The notes under the pieces are model-generated. The model was not told the origin of the DNA, ran no database searches, and saw only the letters and a list, made by a program, of their open reading frames with translations. DNA of 64,000 nucleotides. Source: Escherichia coli. Its GTDB lineage: Bacteria > Pseudomonadota > Gammaproteobacteria > Enterobacterales > Enterobacteriaceae. Where the stretch lies: NCBI RefSeq assembly GCF_003334405.1, contig NZ_QOWM01000003.1, one strand, 5' to 3'. This document shows, in pieces, positions 1 through 10,342 of this stretch. Every line of letters starts with the position of its first letter. The first letter of the stretch is position 1. The translations under genes and the position numbers were made by a program.

Positions 1-258
1 ATGGAGCTGAAGGGGCTGATTTACAATGAAGTACATCTTCATGCACCTCATGCAGAACAACTGGAAGGTTTTACATTACAGCAGAGTGCGGAGTTGTGTT
101 ATCCGATGCGTCTTCGCGGTGATGAAGCCGTCGCATTATTGCAGATGACGCCGTTTGCCTGGCGTGCGAAGCCAGAAGTCTGGCAAACACTGGCAGCAAA
201 AGAAGTGTTCGACTGCCAGACGGACTTTAATATTCACCTCTGGCAGCGTTCTTATTAA
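1..258 (+). CDS. rlmA: 23S rRNA m1G745 methyltransferase RlmA, 3' fragment (N-terminus lies before window start)
   Basis: ORF track 85 aa running off the 5' edge, ending HLWQRSY; stop overlaps the convergent mntP stop; identity from sequence memory and synteny. Confidence 0.8.
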
Positions 259-821
259 CCGTGGAAGTGCGTCCAGAGGATCTGGACGCCGATGCCGATC
301 AGCACCAGCCCGCCGAGAATTTCCGCTTTTTTCCCAATAATTGAGCCGATAAAGCGACCAACCATCATCCCTAATGTTGACATAATCAAGGTTGCACAAC
401 CAATGGCCAATGCGGTCGCGATAATGTTGACCTGCAGGAAAGCAAGACCAACACCCACAGCCATGGCATCCAGGCTGGTGGCAATCGCGGTGGTTACCAG
501 TAGCCAGAAACCGTGTCGACGGCGCGGCTCTTCATCTTCATCATCTGCGCCACGAAAACCCTCAATAATCATTCGCCCGCCGAGGAATATCAGCAGCACA
601 AACGCAATCCAGTGGTTCCATTCAAGGACAAACCGGCTGGCTAACATGCCCATTCCCCAGCCGATCAGCGGCGTCAGGGTTTCGACGGCACCAAAAATAA
701 GGCCGGTTCGCAATGCTTCAGAAAATTTCGGTTTATGGAGGGTGGCACCTTTACCGATTGATGCAGCAAATGCATCCATCGACATACCAAACGCAAGAAG
801 AACAGTAGCAGTGATATTCAT
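255..821 (-). CDS. mntP: Mn2+ efflux pump MntP (188 aa)
   Basis: ORF track 255..875; start moved to internal ATG ([12 protein letters not shown]...) to give the 188 aa protein; hydrophobic multi-pass sequence; riboswitch-like leader upstream. Confidence 0.9.
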
Positions 822-879
822 GACAATGTCCTGACCGGGGTATCCATAAAACACATCATCGCCCCCAGCAAACATGCAT

Positions 880-1060
880 ACATGAACAACAAGCCGTGAT
901 GGTTTTCGCGTTCATGCAGGCATAGCGATTGATGTGCATATGGTCTCGCCTGACTGAAAGTATTCAGTCCGTACGTGCCACGTTTTGCAACGAGTATGTT
1001 GACACGTACATTTCCGGAATCTGGAAATCGGCTACTCCCCAAATGAGGGCGCAACCTTAA
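880..1060 (-). promoter_or_regulatory. yybP-ykoY-type Mn2+ riboswitch in the mntP 5' leader (boundaries approximate)
   Basis: Reverse complement of 1032..1042 reads TTGGGGAGTAG, the conserved riboswitch loop motif; long untranslated leader before mntP; known mntP regulation. Confidence 0.55.
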
Positions 1061-1183
1061 CATATTTTGAGAATATAAAACAACTGTTGGAATATATTAT
1101 TTCATTGCTTTATTGATAACGATTTTCATTTGGATTTATATATCAATGAAACGTTAAAATAAATAACAAATAAGGGAAGAGGT

Positions 1184-1243
1184 AATATAGCCTAAGCTAT
1201 GTCTGATTATTAAAAATACACTAAACATAGCTTTGGCTAAATT
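1184..1243 (-). promoter_or_regulatory. Candidate MntR operator palindromes in the mntP promoter region
   Basis: ATAGC-N4-GCTAT palindrome at 1187..1200 and CATAGC-N4-GCTAA at 1225..1240, resembling MntR boxes; AT-rich region upstream of the riboswitch. Confidence 0.4.
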
Positions 1244-1249
1244 CATAAC

Positions 1250-1708
1250 TTATTGAGTTGAAACGAGAAGCTTATAAATTTTTTCCAGATCGTCGATATT
1301 TCGAACGCGGATTAACAGCCGACGCTGTTCTAATTGCATCACCAACACGCCATCTTCCGACAAGTTCATCGCTTTGATTCGGCTATATTCAATCCAGACA
1401 TTGGCGAAGAAAAAACCTTTTTGTTTAAAGATGATCTTCGGAACGCGGATCCAGAATATATAAAAACCCATCAGAGCCAGTGCGCTTAATAACCATGTCG
1501 TTATTAACGCACCATGATTCGTGACGTTGTTATAGATAAGAATGACAATCAATCCGACGAAGATAACGCTATCGATGCGACCACGCCGGAGCAAAGGAAT
1601 TGCCAGCAGGGTGGGGCCGTTACGGCGGGGCATGATGAACTGATCGTAGATCGCGAAGGCCAGGAGTGCGGCGATGAAAAGAATCAGTACCAGGTCCGTG
1701 ATTGTCAT
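1250..1708 (-). CDS. yobD: UPF0266 inner membrane protein YobD
   Basis: ORF track 152 aa; hydrophobic; GGAGGA Shine-Dalgarno (rc of 1713..1718) before ATG. Confidence 0.9.
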
Positions 1709-1721
1709 TAATCCTCCAGAT

Positions 1722-1749
1722 AAAAAAACGGGGCCAAAAGGCCCCGGTA
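1722..1749 (-). terminator. Rho-independent terminator after manZ
   Basis: On minus strand: CCGGGGCC-TTTT-GGCCCCG hairpin followed by a run of seven T. Confidence 0.7.
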
Positions 1750-1762
1750 GTGTACAACAGTC

Positions 1763-2623
1763 TTACAGTCCCAGCAGGCCGCAAGCGTAACCAGCGATAC
1801 CGATGACGAAGAAGCCAACGATGATCCACAGCGGGTTAACTTTTTTGCGCAGTAGCCACATACAAGCAAAGGTCAGCAGCAGTGGTACCAGGCCTGGCAT
1901 TAACTGGTCCAGAATAGTCTGGACAGTAGTAACGTGTTCTTTGCCCGTCTGGTCAGTAATGCGAGAGACAACCAGCGGGATGTTGACATGTGTCCACTTG
2001 TTAACCAATGCCCCCATGACAAACAGGCCGAGGATAGACGCCCCTTCCGTCAGTTTTTGCAGGAAGCCACCACCCATATCTTTAACGATATCGATACCTT
2101 TGGAGTAACCATACGCTACGCCGTAGTAACGGGTTGCCAGACGCACCAGGTTAAACAGGATGAAGAACAGCAGCGGACCTAACAGGCTGCCGCTCATCGC
2201 GATACCGGCACCCAGTGCTGCAAATACCGGACGTACGGTTCCCCAGAAGATCGGGTCGCCTACACCAGCCAGTGGCCCCATCAAACCGACTTTGATACCG
2301 TTGATAGCACCGTCGTCGATCTCTGCGCCATTAGCACGCTGTTCTTCCAGCGCCAGGGTTACGCCGAGAATCGGCGCAGCCACGAACGGCTGGGTGTTAA
2401 AGAACTCCAGGTGACGGCGAATAGCTTGTTTACGAGCTTCGTTGTTCTCAGGGTAGAGGCGACGAATTGCCGGTACCATAGAGAAGCAGAAACCCAGTGC
2501 CTGCATACGTTCGAAGTTCCATGAACCCTGGAAGAGGTTAGAACGCAGGAAGACGCCACGAATATCACTTTGAGTGAGTTTTTTCTCGGTGGTAGTTTGA
2601 GTTGTATCAACCATTTCGCTCAC
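1763..2623 (-). CDS. manZ: Mannose PTS enzyme IID component
   Basis: ORF track 286 aa; last gene of manXYZ operon; membrane protein. Confidence 0.95.
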   Translation of the reverse strand: MSEMVDTTQTTTEKKLTQSDIRGVFLRSNLFQGSWNFERMQALGFCFSMVPAIRRLYPENNEARKQAIRRHLEFFNTQPFVAAPILGVTLALEEQRANGAEIDDGAINGIKVGLMGPLAGVGDPIFWGTVRPVFAALGAGIAMSGSLLGPLLFFILFNLVRLATRYYGVAYGYSKGIDIVKDMGGGFLQKLTEGASILGLFVMGALVNKWTHVNIPLVVSRITDQTGKEHVTTVQTILDQLMPGLVPLLLTFACMWLLRKKVNPLWIIVGFFVIGIAGYACGLLGL

Positions 2624-2626
2624 CTG

Positions 2627-3427
2627 TTAGTCCAGTTCGTTATCGAGATCGTTGTTACCAGCTGCCTGAGCAGGCGCACCGGCTACGCGGTTGTATTTCG
2701 GGCTAAGTTGGATGTAGAGCACTGCCATAACAGTACCAATCACACCCAGAGCAACCAGATTAAAGTTGGTGAATGCTGCGGTTACGAAGCCGAGGTAGAA
2801 GAACGGCATCAGGTAGCCAGCACGCATCATGTTGATAACCATCGCATAACCAACCACCACGATCATGCCACCGGCGATATTCAGACCATTGGTCACCACT
2901 TCCGGAATCGCATTCAGCATGTTCTGTACTTCGCTGGTACCAACAGACAGCGCAACGATGACGGCCGGAATAGCCACACGCATTGCTTGCAGGAACAGAG
3001 AAGAAACGTGGATCCAGGAAATCGCTGTCAGGTTGCCGTTATCAGCAGCCTTATCCGCAGCGTGCTGGAAAGCAACGGTAATAGTACGAACGATGATGGT
3101 CAGTACCTGGCCCGCAGCGGCCAGAGGGATTGCCAGTGCGATACCTGCACCAATGCTCTGATGACCTGCGATAACCAGAATGGTAGAAATGATAGAAGCC
3201 AGAGCGGCGTCAGGCGCAACTGCAGCACCGATGTTCATCCAGCCCAGCGCGATCATTTCCAGCGTACCACCGATAATAATACCGGTTTTCATATCCCCAA
3301 GAACGATACCCACCAGGGTACACGCGATTAGCGGACGGTGAAACTGAAATTCATCGAGGATTGATCCCATACCTGCGATACAGGCTACGATAAATACCAG
3401 CACAATTTGAAGAGTGGTAATCTCCAT
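2627..3427 (-). CDS. manY: Mannose PTS enzyme IIC component
   Basis: ORF track 266 aa; polytopic membrane protein; 3 bp from manZ. Confidence 0.95.
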   Translation of the reverse strand: MEITTLQIVLVFIVACIAGMGSILDEFQFHRPLIACTLVGIVLGDMKTGIIIGGTLEMIALGWMNIGAAVAPDAALASIISTILVIAGHQSIGAGIALAIPLAAAGQVLTIIVRTITVAFQHAADKAADNGNLTAISWIHVSSLFLQAMRVAIPAVIVALSVGTSEVQNMLNAIPEVVTNGLNIAGGMIVVVGYAMVINMMRAGYLMPFFYLGFVTAAFTNFNLVALGVIGTVMAVLYIQLSPKYNRVAGAPAQAAGNNDLDNELD

Positions 3428-3489
3428 TGTACTTCTCCTGTTTACGTAAGACTTAAGTGTGAAAACTGAGTGATAATCAACACAATACG

Positions 3490-4461
3490 TTACTTATCGA
3501 TTTTGCTGATCAGATCCATCATTTTCAGTTTCGGATCGGTGGAAACCTTACGGACTTCCAGCTCAATACCGCGCGCATTCAGTTTCTTGAACGCCTCGAT
3601 ATCTTTTTCATCAACCGAAACCGCGTTATTCACCTGGGTTTTACCCTGACGGAATGCCATACCACCGACGTTAACAGAGGTGATTTTCACGCCGCCTTCA
3701 ACGAGACGCTCTACATCTGTTGGGTTGGTAAATAACAGCATTACGCGTTCGCCAGCATATTTCGGGTTGTTGTAGACGCGAATCATTTTGGCAACATCAA
3801 CTACGTGTGCTGTTACGCCCGGAGGTGCAACCTGGGTGAGCAGTGTCTTACGAACGGTATCCGCAGCCACTTCATCACTAACAACAATAATACGGGAGAC
3901 ATTGGTTTCTTTGGTCCAGCGGGTGGCGACCTGACCGTGAATCAGACGGTCGTCGATACGCGCAAGGCCAATAACCATGTAGTCGTTTGGCCCCATTGGT
4001 TTTGCCGGAGTTGGAGCCGCTTTTGGTGCTGCGGCAGCGGGTGCTGGCGCGGCTTTTTCAACCGGTTTGGCTTTCAGTGCTTTCACGCCTTCACGGCCTG
4101 TTTCTACTGCCAGTGCCACCAGTTCATCAAAGCTTGGGTCATCATCACGGGCCATTAACGTTTCCACGAGCATTGGAATGTTAACGCCTGCAATGACTTC
4201 ATAATGCTCTTTGTCGACGACAATGCGGCTGGCAGCATTGAACGGGCTGCCTCCCCATGTATCAACGAGAAACAGCACGCCTTTAGTGGTGTCGAGTTTT
4301 GCCAACTGAGCGTTGTACTTTTCAATCAGCGTTTCGGCATTTTCACCTGGAACGAAATCGATCCAGCCGACGTTTTCCTGCTCGCCTAACAGCATTTCTG
4401 CCGTTTTAAGCAACTGCTCTGCAGCCCAACCATGTGTGCCTATAACAATAGCAATGGTCAC
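3490..4461 (-). CDS. manX: Mannose PTS enzyme IIAB component
   Basis: ORF track 323 aa starting MTIAIVIGTHGWAAEQ; Ala/Pro-rich linker between IIA and IIB domains visible (PAPAAAAPKAAPTPAKP). Confidence 0.95.
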   Translation of the reverse strand: MTIAIVIGTHGWAAEQLLKTAEMLLGEQENVGWIDFVPGENAETLIEKYNAQLAKLDTTKGVLFLVDTWGGSPFNAASRIVVDKEHYEVIAGVNIPMLVETLMARDDDPSFDELVALAVETGREGVKALKAKPVEKAAPAPAAAAPKAAPTPAKPMGPNDYMVIGLARIDDRLIHGQVATRWTKETNVSRIIVVSDEVAADTVRKTLLTQVAPPGVTAHVVDVAKMIRVYNNPKYAGERVMLLFTNPTDVERLVEGGVKITSVNVGGMAFRQGKTQVNNAVSVDEKDIEAFKKLNARGIELEVRKVSTDPKLKMMDLISKIDK

Positions 4462-4923
4462 TTGCTACCTCCTTTATTATCGTTAACACCTCAACGTGCC
4501 AGATGTATTTTTGAATCGTCGTCCACAATCGAATCGATTCAGATAAGGGCTACAACCAAAAACCCCTGCGTTTCGCGATTTATTTTAGATATCGAAAAAA
4601 TTATTTTATGTGATGAAGATCCGTAATTTAACTTTCGATTAGCAGAAATTTCGAAAGGTAAAATATCCTTGTCACATTCGTTTGCAAAGGAAGGTAAATC
4701 TTTGCCAAATCAGAGGCGTCTCTGATATGTTTAACTCCCGTTTAACAACCATGGAGTATAGGGCAGTAGCCCGCAGTATGGATCGTCACCGACGTCATTT
4801 CAGCATCAGGCCTTTTAACGCCTGCCTTTCTGGCACTCTATGCCGCACCTTTCGTTTGCATTTTGTCGTTACGCCTGCATTATTTCTGGCGTCGAATAGC
4901 TATTCCTTAAGCAGGAGCTTGTC

Positions 4924-6480
4924 ATGGAATTCTTAATGGACCCCTCAATTTGGGCGGGGCTACTCACGCTTGTTGTTCTCGAAATTGTGCTGGGTATCGA
5001 TAACCTGGTCTTCATCGCCATTCTTGCTGACAAACTGCCGCCAAAACAACGCGATAAAGCGCGTTTGCTGGGGTTATCACTGGCGCTGATTATGCGTCTG
5101 GGGCTGCTGTCGCTGATTTCATGGATGGTCACGCTGACCAAACCGCTATTTACCGTCATGGATTTCTCCTTCTCCGGACGCGACCTGATTATGTTGTTCG
5201 GGGGGATATTCTTGCTGTTCAAAGCAACAACCGAACTGCATGAACGGCTGGAAAACCGCGATCATGATTCCGGCCACGGTAAAGGCTACGCCAGTTTCTG
5301 GGTGGTCGTCACACAGATTGTCATCCTTGACGCCGTCTTCTCGTTGGATGCGGTAATTACTGCAGTAGGGATGGTTAACCATCTGCCGGTGATGATGGCG
5401 GCGGTAGTGATTGCGATGGCGGTTATGTTGCTGGCATCCAAACCGCTGACGCGATTCGTTAACCAGCACCCCACGGTGGTGGTGCTCTGTCTGAGCTTCC
5501 TGTTAATGATTGGTCTGAGTCTGGTGGCAGAAGGTTTCGGTTTCCACATTCCGAAAGGTTACCTGTATGCCGCGATTGGCTTCTCGATCATCATCGAAGT
5601 GTTTAACCAGATTGCGCGTCGCAACTTTATTCGCCACCAGTCGACTTTGCCGCTGCGAGCGCGTACTGCCGATGCCATCCTGCGTTTGATGGGCGGGAAA
5701 CGTCAGGCCAATGTTCAGCACGATGCCGATAACCCGATGCCGATGCCGATCCCGGAAGGTGCATTTGCCGAAGAAGAACGTTACATGATTAACGGCGTAC
5801 TGACGCTGGCGTCGCGTTCTCTGCGCGGGATCATGACGCCGCGCGGTGAAATAAGCTGGGTTGACGCTAATCTCGGGGTCGATGAAATCCGCGAGCAACT
5901 GCTCTCTTCACCGCACAGTCTGTTCCCGGTATGTCGCGGTGAACTGGATGAAATCATCGGTATTGTACGTGCTAAAGAACTGCTGGTGGCGCTGGAAGAG
6001 GGCGTTGATGTGGCGGCGATTGCTTCGGCGTCTCCGGCGATTATCGTCCCGGAAACCCTCGATCCGATCAACCTGTTGGGCGTGCTGCGTCGTGCTCGCG
6101 GGAGCTTTGTTATCGTGACCAACGAGTTTGGTGTGGTACAAGGTCTGGTCACGCCGCTGGATGTGCTGGAAGCCATTGCGGGTGAATTCCCGGACGCTGA
6201 CGAAACGCCGGAAATCATTACTGATGGTGACGGCTGGCTGGTAAAAGGCGGTACAGATTTGCATGCCTTGCAGCAGGCGCTTGATGTTGAGCACCTTGCC
6301 GATGACGATGATATCGCGACGGTCGCGGGCCTCGTGATCTCGGCAAATGGTCACATTCCCCGTGTGGGCGATGTGATTGATGTAGGGCCACTGCATATCA
6401 CCATCATTGAAGCCAATGATTATCGTGTTGATCTGGTTCGCATTGTTAAAGAGCAACCGGCGCACGATGAAGATGAGTAA
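4924..6480 (+). CDS. yoaE: TerC-family membrane protein with C-terminal CBS/CorC domains
   Basis: ORF track 518 aa; N-terminal hydrophobic TerC-like half, soluble C-terminal half; AGGAG Shine-Dalgarno before ATG. Confidence 0.9.
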
Positions 6481-6483
6481 GCG

Positions 6484-8082
6484 TTAACGTAACGGCATAA
6501 TGGGCGTGATATGTCCATTATGCCGGGCGGGCGGCGGTTGGCTGCCCGCCAGCCATTTGGGAAAATCACGTAGCGGCATCGGCTGTGCGTACAAATACCC
6601 TTGCAAAATATGCACGCCATGACGGCGCAAATACTTCGCCTGTTCTTGCGTTTCCACGCCCTCCGCCACCAGTTCAATATTCAGTCTTTGCCCCAGCGCG
6701 ATGATGATATCGGTCACCGTCGAGTTAACCGCGTCAGAACCTATAGCTGCGGTAAATGACTTATCAATTTTCAGCACGTCAGGACGTAATGTTTCAAGCC
6801 AGGAAAACGAGCTGTTGCCGGTGCCGAAGTCATCAATCGCCAGTTTGACGTTTTTACGATGCAGCTCGCGGGCAATCCGATAATCAACATCCAGTAAGGC
6901 ATCGCGTTCGGTGATTTCGAGGATCAGTTGCTGAATCGGGTGAGCGCTAAACCAGTACTGATTGAGATCTTTTATCAGCACACCACGGCGAAAATGGCTG
7001 GGTGCGACGTTAATGCCAACATGAAACTGACTACTCATCGGGAAAACATGGCGCTGACGAATGGTTTCTGCCATCACATAGCGGGTCAGTGGCACAATTA
7101 AATGATGTTCTTCCGCGATAGGAATAAACACATCCGGTGAAATCCAGCCCTGACGCGGATTGTTCCAGCGCAGCAAAATCTCTACACCAATACATTGCTG
7201 GCTGCGCGCATTAAGCAAAGGCTGACAGAACAATTCGAACTCATGTTGCGCCAGGCCCAGATTGATTTCGCGGGAAAAGCTCATTCGGTAAGCGGTCGCC
7301 AGCCAGGCGATGTAGCCCACCAGTAAACTTAGCAGCACCGCCAGCGGTAATTGTGTTGGAAGATAGTGCCATGCCAGCGCCGTAGCCCCCGGACCATTAA
7401 CGTTAATGGTAAAAGGAAAGCGTTGCGAAGAAACCTGATAGTTTTCATTGTCTTCAGGTTGCGGAAGGGAATCTACCAGCCCATTACCATAGAGCAAATG
7501 CCGTTTGTCCACCGTCAGGCTGGCGCTACTGATTTGCGGCAGTTGTGGCTCAAGCAGCATTGCCGTCAGTAAGTCGATGTTAATCATCTCCATGACCCCA
7601 GCATTGCTACTGCCCGCTGCAGGCGTCCATTGAATCAAAACCGGACTGCCTTTAATCAGGGCACGGTCGATCGTCAGGCGTAAAAGTGGTTGCGGTGCAG
7701 GAAGTTCAGCCAGAATGTCCACGACGGGCACATTGCGATAACCAAAAATGCTGGAGCAATAAAGTGTGCCGTCTTGCACCAGGCCAATGGATCGCACAGT
7801 TTGGAGTTTTGCCGCCTGTTTACGTAATGGCAAATGGGCGACAGAGCAGGGCAGACCAATCAGCGGAAGCAAGACTTCGCTACCTGCCTGTAGGGGAAGC
7901 AGTACTTTATCTAATTCCTCTACAGCGTGATTGGCGAATTGTACTACCCGTTGTTGATTTAAGTTACGCTGTGAAATAAATCGCACGCTCAGGGTCGAAG
8001 CGAGCGTAACGAGTGCGCAAATCGTACAAACAATCATTCGATTACGACGATAGGTTTTAATGATCCGTTGTGCTTTTTGCAT
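6484..8082 (-). CDS. pdeD: c-di-GMP phosphodiesterase PdeD (YoaD), CSS-domain plus EAL domain
   Basis: ORF track 542 aa; start moved to second ATG giving 532 aa; EAL-type signature EILLR present; N-terminal membrane-anchored region. Confidence 0.88.
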   Translation of the reverse strand: MQKAQRIIKTYRRNRMIVCTICALVTLASTLSVRFISQRNLNQQRVVQFANHAVEELDKVLLPLQAGSEVLLPLIGLPCSVAHLPLRKQAAKLQTVRSIGLVQDGTLYCSSIFGYRNVPVVDILAELPAPQPLLRLTIDRALIKGSPVLIQWTPAAGSSNAGVMEMINIDLLTAMLLEPQLPQISSASLTVDKRHLLYGNGLVDSLPQPEDNENYQVSSQRFPFTINVNGPGATALAWHYLPTQLPLAVLLSLLVGYIAWLATAYRMSFSREINLGLAQHEFELFCQPLLNARSQQCIGVEILLRWNNPRQGWISPDVFIPIAEEHHLIVPLTRYVMAETIRQRHVFPMSSQFHVGINVAPSHFRRGVLIKDLNQYWFSAHPIQQLILEITERDALLDVDYRIARELHRKNVKLAIDDFGTGNSSFSWLETLRPDVLKIDKSFTAAIGSDAVNSTVTDIIIALGQRLNIELVAEGVETQEQAKYLRRHGVHILQGYLYAQPMPLRDFPKWLAGSQPPPARHNGHITPIMPLR

Positions 8083-8212
8083 GCGGGCCACCCTGTAAGC
8101 GTATGGCGACAAACGCCTGACGCAACAGTGGAAGTGTAGTGGGGAATATTACAGCAGACGAGAAAGCGGGTATAAATTCGCCCATCCGTTGCAGATGGGC
8201 GAGTAAGAAGTA

Positions 8213-9577
8213 TTAGTCACACTGGACTTTGATTGCCAGACCACCGCGTGAGGTTTCGCGGTATTTGGCGTTCATGTCCTTACCGGTTTCGTACATCGTT
8301 TCGATGACCTTATCCAGCGAGACGCGCGGTGCACTGGTGCGGCGCAGAGCCATCCGCGCGGCGTTAATCGCCTTCACAGAGGCAATGGCATTACGCTCAA
8401 TGCACGGCACCTGAACCTGCCCTGCAACCGGGTCGCAGGTTAAACCAAGGTTGTGTTCCATGCCAATTTCCGCCGCCACGCAAACCTGTTCCGGGCTACC
8501 GCCCAGCAGTTCTGCAAGACCCGCAGCAGCCATTGAACAGGCAACACCCACTTCGCCCTGGCAACCAACTTCCGCACCGGAAATAGAGGCGTTCATTTTA
8601 TACAATGCACCAATCGCGCCCGCTGCCATAAAGTAACGGGTATAGATGTCCGGGCTGACCGATTCAATAAAGTGGTCATAGTAAGCCAGCACTGCCGGAA
8701 CGATACCGCAGGCACCGTTGGTTGGCGCAGTTACCACACGACCACCGGCGGCGTTTTCTTCGTTAACTGCCAGCGCAAACATGTTTACCCAGTCAATGAC
8801 ATTCATCGGATCGTTAGACAGTTTATCGCTGGAAACCAGCATCCGGCGCAGGGCAGACGCACGACGTGGCACGCGCAGCGGGCCTGGCAGTACACCTTCG
8901 GTGTTCATCCCGCGATCGATACATGCCTGCATGGTTTGCCAGACATGCGCGAAATACTCGTCGATCTCTTTCTTGCTGTGCAGCGCCAGTTCGTTCTGCA
9001 TAGCGAGACCAGACAGCGAATAGCCGGTTTCATTACAGTACGCGAGCAGTTCGGTGGCAGATTTGAACGGATACGGCACGCTTACTTCGTTGGCAGCATC
9101 CTGACCAAAGTGTTCTTCATCGACGATAAAACCGCCGCCGATGGAATAATAAGTTTTGCTGTAGACGACTTCATCGCCGTTATAGGCGTGGATTTGCATA
9201 CCGTTTTCATGCAGCGGCAGGTTGCCGTTATGAAAACGCATCCCGTTGTCGCGCGGGAAATCCACTTCATGCCGTCCCTGTGCCAGCAGCAGACGTTCGC
9301 GCTCTTCTACGTCGCGAATAAAACCGGGAATACTGTCGATATCCACGGTGGCAGGTTCGTTACCTGCAAGACCCATAATAATGGCGATATCGGTGTGGTG
9401 GCCTTTACCCGTCAGCGACAGTGAACCATAAACGTCCACGGCAACGCGAGTAACGCTATCCAGTAAGCCTTTTTCGACCAGATCATCGACGAACTGTTTA
9501 CCTGCCTTCATAGGCCCTACGGTATGGGAAGATGAGGGACCAATCCCCACCTTAAACATGTCGAATAGACTAATCAC
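8213..9577 (-). CDS. sdaA: L-serine dehydratase 1
   Basis: ORF track 454 aa starting [23 protein letters not shown]. Confidence 0.95.
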   Translation of the reverse strand: MISLFDMFKVGIGPSSSHTVGPMKAGKQFVDDLVEKGLLDSVTRVAVDVYGSLSLTGKGHHTDIAIIMGLAGNEPATVDIDSIPGFIRDVEERERLLLAQGRHEVDFPRDNGMRFHNGNLPLHENGMQIHAYNGDEVVYSKTYYSIGGGFIVDEEHFGQDAANEVSVPYPFKSATELLAYCNETGYSLSGLAMQNELALHSKKEIDEYFAHVWQTMQACIDRGMNTEGVLPGPLRVPRRASALRRMLVSSDKLSNDPMNVIDWVNMFALAVNEENAAGGRVVTAPTNGACGIVPAVLAYYDHFIESVSPDIYTRYFMAAGAIGALYKMNASISGAEVGCQGEVGVACSMAAAGLAELLGGSPEQVCVAAEIGMEHNLGLTCDPVAGQVQVPCIERNAIASVKAINAARMALRRTSAPRVSLDKVIETMYETGKDMNAKYRETSRGGLAIKVQCD

Positions 9578-9760
9578 GATAATACTCCTGACAAGGTGAC
9601 TGGACTTCCAGTAACGAACTAATAACAGCGCATAGTGTAAGAGGGAACGCGGCGACTGGCTTAACTATTCACATGAATTAAACTAATCAAAAACCGCGAT
9701 TTAACTAATATTGCGATGATTGTCTCAAGTAGTGTTTTGTAGATGTAAAGATAAGTATAG

Positions 9761-10339
9761 TCAGGGTTTCACACCAATTTGCAGCGCCAGCTCACGAATT
9801 ATGCCTGCGGTCATTCCCCATACAAAATACTGTTCGTACCAGGACAGCCATACCCGATGTGAATCACCACGGCGGTAGATATCTAAAGGGTGATAACGAC
9901 CCAGATGTAATGCCTGGGCGAGCGGCATTTCAAACACCGCCGAGACTTCATCTTCACTGGCGCGATACGGCAGATCGGGCGGGATAATGCCGACCACTGG
10001 GGTTACCTGGTAGCCAGTGACGCTATCGACGGGCGGCAGCACGCCGATAACTTCAACGGCGGAAGGCGGTATAGCGACCTCTTCTTCAGCTTCGCGCAGC
10101 GCGGCGGCGATAGCTGATGCGTCCGTGTCATCGACTGCACCTCCAGGGAATGCCACTTGTCCAGCGTGTTTACGCAGATGAATCGAACGCTGAGTCAGCA
10201 ACAACCCCGGTTGCGGTCGACGGACGATGGGGATTAACACAGCAGCCTGACGATGATTTAGGGTTTCCCGGTTAATTTGCGGGCGCAAAAGTTGAAAGCG
10301 CGATAAAAAATCATCAAGCGTCAGGCTACGGTATTCCAC
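9761..10339 (-). CDS. nudL: Nudix CoA pyrophosphatase NudL (YeaB)
   Basis: ORF track 192 aa; Nudix box visible ([22 protein letters not shown]). Confidence 0.92.
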
Positions 10340-10342
10340 GTC

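Noticed and set aside
292-834. 180 aa ORF on the plus strand antisense to mntP; similar long antisense ORFs at 2570..3331 (in manY), 8672..9424 (in sdaA), 42755..43633 (in gapA), 45156..46076 (in ydjL) and 56320..56880 (in sppA)
   Set aside because: Shadow ORFs on the opposite strand of well-supported genes; no ribosome binding sites, low-complexity Arg/Ser/Pro-rich translations, and each is fully contained within a recognisable gene
818-1063. 81 aa minus-strand ORF immediately upstream of mntP
   Set aside because: Falls inside the mntP leader that carries the Mn riboswitch motif; no Shine-Dalgarno; the translation is not protein-like
4682-4936. 84 aa ORF in the manX-yoaE intergenic region
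   Set aside because: No ribosome binding site, Arg/Ser-rich composition, overlaps the yoaE start; more likely untranslated leader
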